From Podarcis filfolensis (lineage: Eukaryota), in the NCBI GenBank assembly GCA_964270895.1, contig OZ185444.1: a stretch of 64,000 nucleotides of DNA; one strand, written 5' to 3'. Below the pieces are notes generated by a model. It had not been told where the DNA came from and did not search any database. It saw only the letters and a list, made by a program, of their open reading frames with translations. This document shows, piece by piece, positions 26,483 to 39,409 of this stretch; position 1 is the first letter of the stretch; each line of letters starts with the position of its first letter. The translations under genes and the position numbers were made by a program.

Positions 26483-28573
26483 TATGATGTTTGGGTAACT
26501 GTATTGCTAAATAAGCCAGGTTGTAAACTAAAAAGCTCCCGGTGTTTTTGTGTTACATAGAAGCTGCATTCAAAATAATAAACTTTAGGTTAAAGGAAAC
26601 ATATCTCTTAACAGGACTATCAGAGCTGGAGATGAGGGAACAAAACATGTTTTCACAAAATATTTGGATCCTCCCCAAAATTTGTATGAAATACCCCTAC
26701 CCCACTTCAGCAATCCCTTTATGAAAGTACAAAATACAGAACTGAAGAATAAAAGAAAAAAGTGAAAGAAGAAAAAGAGATGCATTAATTGTCATACCAG
26801 TCCAGGGGATAGAAAACAGCTGTGAACCAAATATGACCAGAGTGTTAAACTGGACGCATTGGGATTACTGGATCTGGGTACAGTTGTTAGAGGTCATCAG
26901 TGAATGTGGCCCATAGGAATCCAATTGTACAATCAGCATTACCTAACACCCACACAAAAAATCTTCCAATTCAATTATTGGAAGTAAATCAAAATTGCAT
27001 TAGAAAACATCTTGTCCTTTGAAAGATTATTCACATTTTTTAAATTACAAACAAGCAAGGAGTTCCACTTGGGCTCCATTCCCCAAGTTCTTAATATGGA
27101 GTTGTTTTGAAGTAGTACTGCATCACATGCCATAGGAGTAATACAGATTGCAATGCTGGTGAATTAGACTGACTAGAGATTTTCATCCTATAAACGTAAA
27201 CTTTTTAAAATGTTGTAAATTATTTGCATTGTCAGGCATTTAACTTTTTACCTTTTGCACATTCAGTGAAGGAACAAAACAGGCTAGCTTTTTATCTTAT
27301 TTAGAGACAGTAATTAATAAAGGGCTTCCATACATTTGTTTAGGCATGTCAATCGAAAAATCACGGCCTTTTGGGGTCTTCTTAAAAAACTCTCAACAAC
27401 TGGTTTTTACTTTTTGAAATATGGCAGCCCTAAATTAATAACTATTCTATTAGTTTAACAAAGTAGCTTCAGACTTACATGGCACTATACTAAACTGAAC
27501 CTCAATTCACTCATCTTTAATTGCATTGGCACAGAAATGGGCACATCATTTGGGATGAGAGATCAACTGAGTGACCCAACCTTTCTTTCTGCCTTGGTTA
27601 ACAATGATTCCCTAAAGTACCTTTACACATGTTTTGTCCAATGGGTTTTTCATTTGTGAAGTGATGAAGTTTCTGTACTTTTCTAGAGACGATAACTCTA
27701 TAAGGCTTAACAGTGGAGTTAGGCCATGAGGAACACAATCACAAACTGTATTTCTAACAATGTAGTTAACAGTATTCAGGGAACAGAAGATTTTACTCTA
27801 ACATAGAGCTCTTTTGGCATTCTCATTTGCATAATGTTGAGTAGCAGCCCCACTATAACTCCTGGTCAGTTCAGATGGAGTGAGGATGAATCTTGCAGCC
27901 CAGTCTTACCCATGTTTACTCAGAAGTGAGTCTCACTGGTTTGAATGGCAAGTATGCTTGGGATTGTAAACCTGATAAAATGAAAGAAAATATTTCAAGA
28001 GATGGTTCTCTGAACATTGTCTTACAGCAACATAGGGTCGATCAATAACTCTTGGGCTTTTTTGTGCTACAGAGGTGAAACATAAAGTACTTACTATACT
28101 CTTCTTATTGACCCTGAGAACATGATACAATTGAATAAATGAACTAGCAGACTCTGCAAAGCAGTTTGAAAACACATTTCCTATTTATCTGCAATAGGTA
28201 CTCCTACTGTAATAGGTACTTGATCGAAACTTGAGCAAAAAGTGTTAATAGGGAAAGGAGTTGCACATGTTCTGCCAGAAATCAAGTATATTTATATTTT
28301 CTGATTGGAGTTTAATTTGGGAAATGTTATAAATTTCTGTTGTTTGACAGGCAAAATAGTGAAAAAAGAAACATGCCACTTAAATGTGCTGCTTGTAGCC
28401 TGATCATTGCCTTCACCAAGAAGTGTTTGTAAGCCAGCTCCTCCCTGTGCCCCCTTCCTCCTCCCCTCCAACTGAAACAGTTGTGCTTTCTGATTTTGAA
28501 TTGTGTTTTGCTTTTGCAGTGGTCACTCACAGATCTCCACTCCCCCTGCCCCTTATTCCCTTTTGTTTTACAG

Positions 28574-28633
28574 ATTCTCTTTTATTTTGATATATTTTTT
28601 ACTGTCATTTTCACCATTGAAATTGCTCTGAAG
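28574..28633 (+). CDS. CACNA1C: Exon 21 (60 nt; IIIS2, mutually exclusive with exon 22)
   Basis: ttacag|ILFYFDIFFTVIFTIEIALK|gtaaag. Confidence 0.96.
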
Positions 28634-28774
28634 GTAAAGTCCCCATCTTCTCTTCCATTATCTTCTCACTCATGAGCCCACTAGTTCTCTGCTGCTATTT
28701 GTCGCTAACACACACGCCTGTTTTTGTCTTGGCCACGCTCAGTAACCACTAACCCAACTGTGCTTATTTTTCAG

Positions 28775-28834
28775 ATCCTAGGCAATGCAGATTATGTCTT
28801 CACTAGTATCTTTACATTAGAAATTATTCTTAAG
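28775..28834 (+). CDS. CACNA1C: Exon 22 (60 nt; IIIS2 alternative)
   Basis: tttcag|ILGNADYVFTSIFTLEIILK|gtaacc; branch-like CACTAAC at 28747-28753. Not in the ORF track. Confidence 0.96.
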
Positions 28835-31800
28835 GTAACCAATCTGAGCAATACACTTCTCTCTCTTGCTTTTGCTTTGTCTTTTGTACCGCTTTAAATC
28901 CCTAGTGTGATCTCCACAGACAGGTCATATTTCCTAGCTCAGCAGTAACTGTATGTGCTTTCAAAAATGGTTCCATTTTAATATTAAAGTCCCATTGGTT
29001 CATATAATTGTTTAGTCCCTTGCCATGTATAATTAACCCCAAAAAGGTCTTATGGCATGGAACACAATATGTATTCACCACTCTTGGCAGTAATACCTGC
29101 TTATCCCAGTGGAAAAAGATGAATTTTTCTGGTGAGTCTTCCTTGTGCAGAACTTACACAAAACAATATGTCTTACAAGAAACATACTGTATAGGCCATA
29201 AATAGTCCCTTCTCTCACTGCAGACTATTTGGCATCCGTACTATTTTGTGCTCTTCTGTTTTAAGTGGGAATAGGTAGCAGAATATCTACACAACACTAT
29301 AGGCCTACCAACGTATCGCATTCCTAGCCAAAATTTATGCACCTCAAATGAATGGTGATCCACTAATGTTTGCCTGGAACTGCAAAAATGGGAGGGAGGA
29401 ATTACCAAGTTCCTGGCAAGCCAGTTAATGGCTAGTGAGCTGCATTCAGTTCTAGATTGGTCAGGCCCTTAATGGAGGAACAGAGGAAAGCTGGTCACTA
29501 GAAAGCTGGTCACTAATAGTCAAATTACACATTACATCCCCAATTGCTTTTCCTAGGGAAAACACCTTCAGGAATGGGGAATTTTCCACAGAAAAGCAGG
29601 AAGGGGACATTTAATCCTTACCCTGCCTGCTACTTTTCTACTGCAATGTACGATATATATATCCTTGCAAAAACTCATTTGGGTCCTTGCATGAGGGTGA
29701 AGTGGTTTGGAGTGTTGCACTGGTTAACTACTCCTTCCCCACCCACCACCACAGTTTCTCTGCAGTAATTCACCTAAGACTCCTCTATGATGTTAGATGT
29801 GCTCCTGTCCTATGTATGGAACCTTTAAACTTAGAGAAAATAGCATTGAATTGCTTCTGTTGCCACTCACGGTATGTGACAATTCCCTAATCCACTCAGA
29901 CATTTTAGTACCTACTGGTTAAATTGTGAAGTTGGAACTTAACTTTAGAGTCTGCTTCTCAAAAAAGACCTGTTCCTTAAATGCATAATTTACTTTTCAA
30001 GTCTATTCTGCCTCATTTCAGTTAATAATTGCACCTGTGTGATTTCCCGCAGGGTGACACCTAACCCAAGAGGCTACTTGACAATACACCAAAACATTCA
30101 GATACAAAGTAGACTGCAGAGAAAATAAATATAAGCTCTCTTACACTTTGCATTCATTTAATATTTTAAAGAATAACTAAGGGACACTTTGTCTTTCTTA
30201 ATGTATAGGTGTACCCATTAAATTTGGACATAGATCTACAAACAGCAAAGAAGAATATCATACTCCTCATTCCTTCCACTAATTTACATAGGCACTGTTC
30301 AAACACTTACTAGTCTGGGCATAACTACACATTAATTGTTAATATTAAATGCAAATCATGACTGGGAAGGAAAAGGTTAAACCTTCCCACCCCATGTGCT
30401 GAAAATCCCCTTGCCACTTTGTATTGATTAAAAAACTTGAGATGACACAGTACCCGATATAATTAACGAATTGAATTGTGTCGTTAGGCCTTCTCCTATC
30501 ACATATGTACATTCACTGTGTCAGTACTGACTATACAAACACAATTAACTATGGAAAGGTCATAAGTGTACAAAACACATTCCCCAGTTGCAAGTTGCCT
30601 ATTTATCCCACAGGGATTAGATTATCAACTTCCATGCTTTACTCTAAAGATACCCGTTAATTGTAAAGAAAAATTCCAATGGCAATACTGCCTTAAACAA
30701 AAGCTGCAACCAAGTTATGCAGCAATTTGCTATGCCAATGAATTTCTTGGCAGGGATAGATAAACACACCTTGTATGGTACTGAAACTCAGCAGAGCTTC
30801 CCATTCTGATTTCAATGGTGTCTCCTCCTTTCCTTTAAGATTGCCATGCAAAACCAAGCCCTAAAAAGCATCTTTACTACCTTTGTTATGGCAAGAACCC
30901 CCCTTCCCCCAACCAACTATATATTTTTGTATAAATTCTACTCAAAGAGCAGATTTTATACTTCCTTTCTAATTTCTGTCTGATAGATCAGTAGTCAGTT
31001 CTTCCTGATGTAATTTGGTTTTTGATGACTTTATATTTAATTTATTTCCTACCCCATCAGCACAACTTTGATAAGAACTGGCTGGAAATTGCTAGGCTTT
31101 CTGGCCTGAAAATACCCTGGGTTTGTTGCAGGAATTCAGGAATGCAGCAAAAGTGGTTGGTTCTTCACATTCCAATGAGTGTTCTTGTATGACCATTCTT
31201 ATTTCTGATGTGTATATTCAAACATAAGGGGGTCACACTGAAGTCTGTTTTGCAGGTAATGTTTTCCTTATTGCAATCAGTCATGGCTTTCTATATATTT
31301 CTAGCTATATCTTTATATATGAACAATAAACATTCCCAACAAATTAACTGTTGGGTCTTTTGGGTTTGCCATGGTCCAATAGATAAATGCAAAATAATCA
31401 GACAAAAAAGCCAGGGATACAGCTACTTCCAATTACCAAATGGATGATCTAAAAATGAAGAGGGGACTCAGTGAATATAATTGCTACAGTTATAGATTAT
31501 GTGCATGTCTTTACCTGCTGAAGCATACATAAGGAAGAGTATGTATTGGCATTTGACTTTTTGCTCTCTAGAGGAAAATGTTACTTGAAAAAGCTATCAT
31601 TGGAGAGCTCAGTTCTAATATGATCTAGATAACACTTCTCAACCACTATTATAAGTGTTTCAAAACTGGGACAGGTTGCAAATTTTGCTTCAGACCCACC
31701 TCAGTTATCACTGTTTGTAAATTCCAGTGTGGAGATCCTTTTTTTTTTTGCAGGCAGGTGGTAGCCTTTGTGATACTAGTATTAAGAGAAGTAATCTAAT

Positions 31801-32305
31801 TTGTATTGAACTATATTGACAAAACTATAATAGTAAGACAGGAGCAGGGATTTAATACTCAATTCAGCCTGAATGAGTAATGCTTAAAAAAAATGACAGC
31901 CTTGCTAAAAACTGCTAGGTCTTAGATCTAGTAGGCGTCTCTTGGGAAAGAGTTTCACAGTGATGGGGCCACTATGAAAAAACCCCTTCATCTTGCTATC
32001 ATTAGTCTAACTTCCACCAAAGAAAGTACATAGAGGAAGATAAAAGTAAATGATAATATGTGGAGCTGCTTACATGGGAGAATGTAATTTCCAGTCTATG
32101 TAATTTCCAATATGCAATGTAACAACCAAGGGCTGGACACTATTTGCAACCTTTCCTTACTTATGTCCCCCCCCCCCCAAAAAACTATCTCTTCTTTTCA
32201 CCTCTTTTTTAATGAAACTTTGCACTTAAAACCTTGCACTGTTCTGCAGTGTTACATTACTCCTTCCTCTGCCTGCTCTAAGCAAGAACTTGTGGCAAGC
32301 GCTAA

Positions 32306-32452
<147 letters not shown>

Positions 32453-32559
32453 TGAGTGAGCTATTTTCAGCTGGGAAAATCTAGTGTTTATAAAGAGTGG
32501 GGAAGAGGATATGGAACGAAGGGGAAAGTCAATAAAAAAAGGAAACAGACACACCTCAC

Positions 32560-33250
32560 TAGGGAGGATGTTCTACAACTGCATCACTGAAAAGGGCCTG
32601 TCTCGGGGCAACACCAACCAGGCAGCCCCCAGGCAGTACTCTTTTAGGTACTTGAGTGCCAAGCTGTCTAGTTCCTTGAATATGACCCAGTAGCTCAGTA
32701 GCAGAGCTTTTAGGACAGGTGACACATGGTCCCATCATGTTGCCCCAATTACCAACCTAGCACCAAATGCTGCACTAGCTGCAGCCTCTAATCTTCAAGG
32801 ACAACCCTAAGTAGAGTGCATTACAGTAGTCCAGGCAGGAGGTCACCAGAGCATGGATAACCGAGGTCAAGCTATCATCATCCAGGAACAGACTTAGTTG
32901 GCAAATCTGCCTAAGCTGGACAAAAGCATACCTAGCCACAGAAGCTGCTTGAGACTCCTTTAGCAATCTGGAATACAGGAGTATTCCCAGAGTGCAAACC
33001 TGTTTCTTAAAGGGAAGTTCAACCCTTCCCAGAACAGTTTTACATCAGACATGAGAACCACTTACACAAAGCACTTCTGCCTTACCAGGATTCAGCCTCA
33101 TTTTTTTGGCCACTATCCAGTCCATCACTGCTTCCAGACACCTGTCCGACACCTTCATAGCCTCTCCTGATTCTGATGAAATGGGCAGATAAGAGTTCCT
33201 TGTCATCAGTTTATGTATGGCACCATGCTCCAAATCACTGTATGACACCT
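32560..33250 (-). mobile_element. L2 LINE ORF2 fragment
   Basis: Minus-strand VIHALVTSCLDYCNALYLGL and CLEAVMDWIVAKKMRLNPGKAEVL. Confidence 0.85.
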
Positions 33251-33270
33251 AGATGTTGAATTGCTCTGTT

Positions 33271-33293
33271 TGTGTGTGTGTGTGTGTGTGTGT
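33271..33293. repeat. (TG)n microsatellite
   Basis: Pure TG run; another at 38655-38677. Confidence 0.95.
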
Positions 33294-34765
33294 AGCAGTG
33301 TAGCCAGCACTAGGCATCAAAAGAAAGCAGGTGCACAGCAATTTTATCTCTTCCTATTTATTTAAGCATAGGTTATTTGTACTGTGACACCAGGACTCCA
33401 CAATACTTTCATATTTTTGCAGTTTTAAGGTTCAGGCTGTGATTGCTGTGCTAAACCTTTGCTCAATTCCACAAAAGCAGCATAAGCAGAAAGTATGTGG
33501 GAATAAGTGACATCAGTGAAGCACATTGCCATAGTGCCATAGTGTATTGAAGGTGATAGTGGGGCAGGGGAGGAACATTCCTTATATGAACAGTTTTGGG
33601 ATAGCTGCTGGAAGCGTCAGACAACACACAGATTGCTTCTTTTGCCATGTGGCCATGGCAAAATATTTTGAGAGTGCAAATAATTATAAATGCACAATAA
33701 AAAGGATGTCTGGCAAAGGTCCCAAATCAGCTAAATAACACACTTATGCAAGACCTCAGTATTATGTTTTTATATGTGTTGGAAGCCATACAGAGTGGCT
33801 TGGGAAACCCAGACAGATGAGCAATGTCGTCGTCTTCTTCTTATTTATTTATTTTATTATAAAATGGAAATAGATATTACCCCCTTCTCCATTTTTTTCA
33901 TTGTGCAAAATGGCAACTAAGGCTTATATTTCCTTTTTGCGTTTTTGTGAATTTTTTAAAAAGCTGTACAGCCTCATGCATGTACACCTGCATGCATGCT
34001 CAGAACAGAAGAAGCCACTGGAGAGCATGGGAGGAGTGACTGAGGGGAGTGGGGGAACCCACATTCCAGATAACATTCTGTCTAGCTCCTTCCACTGGTG
34101 TGGACAGCAAGTGGCAAAATACCAATGCATATCCATGACTGAAAAAAATGGGAATGTGTGGAAGCTAACATATCAAATGTGCACACAGAAAAACCAGACC
34201 TTCACGACCCATTTGCAATATTAAAACCCCATCTGAAAGCTGCAATAAGACTTGCAAACTAGGGGGTTGGACCAAAAGCTTCATGGAAAATGTAGGTGTT
34301 GAGGAGGGTTTCACTCAGACCTTATCAGTTTGTGTTTCGAACCTGAAGGAAATGACAGAAATAGGACTCATGCAGATACTCTGGGAGGCAGTTCAAGCAT
34401 ACAGGACACCAGGTGACAAAGGGGAAAGTCTTTTGAGGGAACAAGAGACTTGCAGACATCTGAAGGTAATGGAAGTGGAGGAGCAAAGGTCATGGACAGG
34501 AACATATCAGGAAAATAAATCAGAATGAGAAGGGGGAACAAGACTATAAAGGGCTTTTAAGGTAAGGACCAGTAGCTTGTGCTGGATCTGGTAGCAGACA
34601 GGAAAACTGTAAGGATTTAAGAAGGGCTGTCTAGTGTTTAGAGTAATGAGAGAGATGGATGATTTTTCAGCATAATGCTGGATAGATATTAGGGGACCAA
34701 GATGAGATGATGAGAAACACCAGAAAGGAGAAGATTGGAATATTCTTGGTAAGAGATTGCTATGT

Positions 34766-35529
34766 AACTGTGCCCCTGAAGGACCAGGTGCACAGCCTGG
34801 AAGTCATTTTGGACTCTCAGCTGTCCATAGAGGCGCAGGTCAATTCTGTATCCAGGGCAGCTATCTACCAGCTCCACCTGGTACGCAGGCTGAGACCCTA
34901 CCTGCCCGTGGACTGTCTCGCCAGAGTGGTGCATGCTCTGGTTATCTCCCGCTTGGACTACTGCAATGCACTCTATGTGGGGCTACCTTTGAAGGTGACC
35001 CAGAAACTGCAACTAATCCACAATGCGGCAGCTAGACTAGTGACTGGGGCAGCCGCCAAGACCACATAACACCGGTCTTGAAAGACCTACATTGGCTCCC
35101 AGTACGTTTCTGAGCACAATTCAAAGTGTTGGTGTTGATGTTTAAAGCCCTAAACGGCCTCGGCCCAGTATACCTGAAGGAGCGCCTCCACCCCCATCAT
35201 TCTGCCCGGACGCTGAGGTCCAGTACCAAGGGCCTTCTGGCGGTTCCCTCACTGCGAGAAGCAAAGCTACAGGGAACCAGGCAGAGGGCCTTCTCAGTAG
35301 TGGCGCCCGCCCTGTGGAATGCCCTCCCATCAGATGTCAAAGAGATAAACAACTACCTGACATTCAGAAGACATCTGAAGGCTGCCCTGTTCAGGGAAGT
35401 TTTTAATGCGTGACATCTTAGTGTATTTTTGGTCTTTGTTGGAAGCTGCCCAGGGTGGCTGGGAAAACCCAGGCAGATGGGCGGGGTTCAAATAAATTAT
35501 TGTTGTTATTATTATTATTATTATTATTA
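34766..35529 (+). mobile_element. L2 LINE 3' portion, relatively young
   Basis: VPLKDQVHSLEVILDSQLS...HALVISRLDYCNALYVGLPLKVTQKLQLIHNAAARL; 3' UTR and (TTA)n tail. Confidence 0.92.
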
Positions 35530-36683
35530 GTCATGGATCATAGTTTTTGCTGAGATGACAGAGAGGGCATGGAAATGCAGGATGAGGGAGGGAACAAGGA
35601 CACAAGAGAAAGTGGATTATAGAACAGCAAGAAAGTTGCCTCTTCAACATACTGACCTAGCTCTATCAGCCTCTTGAAGTGAGCAGGGACTAAGCTGTGT
35701 CTATACTGGTTCTGTAGTACTTAGTTCTAGGTAGAAGCAAGCTGTAGGCTGAGTGAAGTGCCTTTGAAAGCACAAGTCACTGGAGAGTTAACTGACATGC
35801 TGCTTTCTCTGAATTGGCATTTTGGTGAAGTGCTTCATAGCACCATTATCTTACACTGCCCTGCGATGACTGCAGCTTGGCACCATTTTTGTAATATGTC
35901 TGCATTGCATTTGGCAGCCTGTTCCGTCTAAAGGAGTCCCTATTTCCCCCTTTTTGTCAACACAATATTCTGTATTCAGTTCAACAACAGAGTAGCCAAC
36001 AGTTACTTCCCCTACCTCCCAGTGACTTACTCATAAATTCAGTATCTAAACTAGTAGACTACTAAATTGCAGAAAAAGAAAGTGCACAATTCCGTTAAAA
36101 ATTAAGGATTGGGACAATATAAATGTCAAAAGAATAAGTTAATGCTACTGTGAAATATTCCCACCTTCATTAGCCACCATAGTACATCTGCCTTGCAGCA
36201 ATCAAATGAACAAAGACTGTTGCCAGGACCCATAAACTATTAAATAATAAGATGTCACATTCAAGGTTTATGAATTATTAAAAAACATAAGTATACCAAA
36301 GCATATAATTCTTTTATCACAAATTGAATTGCTTGTATTTTAGGTTATTTAAATAGGTATACCATGTGGCCACATTTTTTTGTCTCTATAGTACAGTATT
36401 TAGCTAGTCAATGGAAATGCTATGGGGAAAGTTTTGTGTCTTTTGTTAATGCTAGTCATATATTCTGCAAACATTTCTCTGAAGAGAACAACCTAGAAGA
36501 AAGGTAGTATGATGTAGCAGATAGTGGGGTAGCATTGATCAGTGAGATCTGGGTTCGAGTTCTGCGCAATCATAAATTACAAGTTGTAATGCACATTGAA
36601 CTTCAACTAAAGGCCACTATTAGTCCATAGATTATTCCCACAAGAATTGTAAAGCTTGATCTCCTACTGCTGTTCTTTTCCAG

Positions 36684-36771
36684 GTCTAGTGCCATCAACG
36701 TAGTGAAGATACTACGAGTCTTGCGAGTTCTCAGACCACTGAGGGCTATCAACAGAGCCAAAGGATTAAAG
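36684..36771 (+). CDS. CACNA1C: Exon 24 (88 nt; IIIS4 voltage sensor)
   Basis: ttccag|[29 protein letters not shown]|gttaga. Confidence 0.97.
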
Positions 36772-37656
36772 GTTAGAAGACATATAAAGATTAGATGTTA
36801 ACTTGCTTTATGTGACTTTACATCACTACTCTAGAGCAAGTAGATGAATAAATTGGTTTTCCAGTCTCCTGATTTTAGTGGGATATAATGCATATCTTTG
36901 CTGTGCATAGACAATGACCAAGGATTTGTTGTGGGTGAAAGCTGATTTTGCCCTCAAGGCAAGATTGTATTTTTCATTTCTTCACAAGCATTAATGACAG
37001 CCTGCCATTTTTATTGCAGAAAGCAGAGGGCACATTTAAGGGCATCACTAAAGTGGGTTTAACACTAGCTGCTGGGGTAAAAGTTTGGTTTTGCTCCATC
37101 TTAACATCTTTCCAAGATTTCAATCTACTTACTTTGTCTCAAAGAATTCAGTGAGAGCTATTCTACTCTGGTTCCATTTCATTATGATCCTGGAATATGG
37201 CAGAACCTTGGAAACTGGCTTTTGAGTAGCAGCATGTCCAGCAGTGTGACAGAAGAGGGGAGAATCTGTGTATTGCAAGGATTTGTGTATTCCTGTGTAC
37301 TGCTCAGGATCCCAGCCAGTGTGGACTTGGCCATCCTGTGATGGGGCAAAACTGTTCCTCCCGCCCACTTTGGGGTCTGATGCAGCTCATGGGTTCAATT
37401 TGCCACAACTACCACTGCTTTGGAGACATAGTGTCATCCAGCTGTAGGAAAGACAGACAATTCTACCTATTGTGGCATAGCGAGGATAACGACACTTGCT
37501 TTTTGTTTGCAAGTGCACAGTCTACAGACCATGGATTTCCTTTTCTATTTCATAGAGATACCATGTGGACTTACAGGAAGATGGCAATATAACAAGATTA
37601 CATTCATTCATTTATTTACATCAAATCCTAATACCATTTAAAAAGCAACCATTTAA

Positions 37657-37881
<225 letters not shown>

Positions 37882-38129
37882 TAGCCTGGTACTCTGCATA
37901 TATTCAGTACTGCCTCACAGGAATATTAAAGTGACTTACCTGGTTACCTTAAACTTGGTAAAGTAGAGTGTCTGGATGTTCATCTTTGGATCAAGATTTA
38001 GAATTAGGGTCAAGCCCAAATTATTCCCTTTCCTGTTATCTTAGACCAGGGATTGCCAATCCAGGGTTCATTTGTGCCAGACTAGTGGCCCCTTTGTATT
38101 TCTTTTTTTTAAATGGTGGGCACTTCCAT

Positions 38130-38500
38130 CACCTGTGGAGGGATTTTTCTGATTGCCAGGAGGGAGTGCCCAAGTATGCTCTCTCTGTGTGTGCGATTAA
38201 AAGAGATGGACTTGGACAGAGAGTGAGGCAGAGGTGTGTGTGGCCTGTGTGTGGGGGACAGGGAGAGCTATGTAGGCTTATGTGGTCTGTGAGAGATGTA
38301 TACAGTGTGTGGGTGTGGGTGTGGGAGAGGGAGAGAGGTGTGTGTGGTGTGTGATCCGTTAGATAGGGAGGGAAAGATACACTTGGGCAGAAAGGGAGAG
38401 GTGGATGTGTATATGTGAAGTGTATTAGTGTGTGGGAGAGATGCATGTGTCTGTGACCTGTGTGTAGTCAGAATACGCAAGAGAGACAGTATGTGTTGTT
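38130..38500. repeat. GT/GA-rich low-complexity tract
   Basis: Degenerate (GT)n/(GA)n; explains the His/Thr-rich minus-strand ORFs. Confidence 0.7.
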
Positions 38501-39409
38501 TACTTTTCCTGGTACTGAGGAATGCTTCCTATTGTTACTGGAGAACAACAGCATTAGTTTGTGTGTGGAGGGGGGTGGAATTAACATGAGATCTCCATTG
38601 ATATGACCAGAAGGACATAGGTGACTTCCCATGGCAAGCATGAGGTTGTCAGGCTGTGTGTGTGTGTGTGTGTGTGTAGAAGCAGTTGCTGTACACTCTC
38701 TAATTTTTAGTTATGCCATGCCCCCCACAGTAGCCATTTTGTGACTGGCACTCACAGGACTTTCTCAGAATTCAAAATGTGCCCACTGTTCCAAAAAGGT
38801 TGGTGAACCCTAGCTTTGATTCCTTCCCTTTTGCAGCCATTTTCCAGGAAACATTTTTATCATGTTTCAAATGCCCCTATTGTTTTCAGAAACATCTATG
38901 TACATTATTTGAACATATTGGGGGAGGGGGGAATAGAGATGTGCATGTTTTCTCCACCATCACTGTGCCCCCTGCAACAGTTCCACTTCATAGGATATTC
39001 CTTCAGACAAATAGAGGCAGGGGGGAGAGCATGTAATATGGTATCCTCAACAAAGGATGTGTAAAAGTTATGAATTCAGGGAAGGGTCTCTGAAACAGGA
39101 GGTGCACCACATAATTTAGAATGATTTGCCTTTGGAATAAAAGATATTGAGTCTTATGCCATCTTCAAGTTTGGGAATAAAACAAACCTAAAGAATATAT
39201 TCCTTGACCAATTAGTAAATGCAAAAAATTTAGTCAATGTAAACACAATGTATTTCTATAGGATATGTTGATCCGTGATGGGAGCATGAGCTCAACCATT
39301 TTAAAAAGTTGATTTCTTAAAGATGCAAAGGAAAGGTCAAGTTTGTTTTCAATATAGGCACATTTTTGTTTTAAAGAACAATATAAAAAAACCTTCTCAA
39401 ACTTGCAGT

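Noticed and set aside
38129-38480. His/Thr-rich minus-strand ORFs
   Set aside because: Translation of a GT-rich low-complexity tract.
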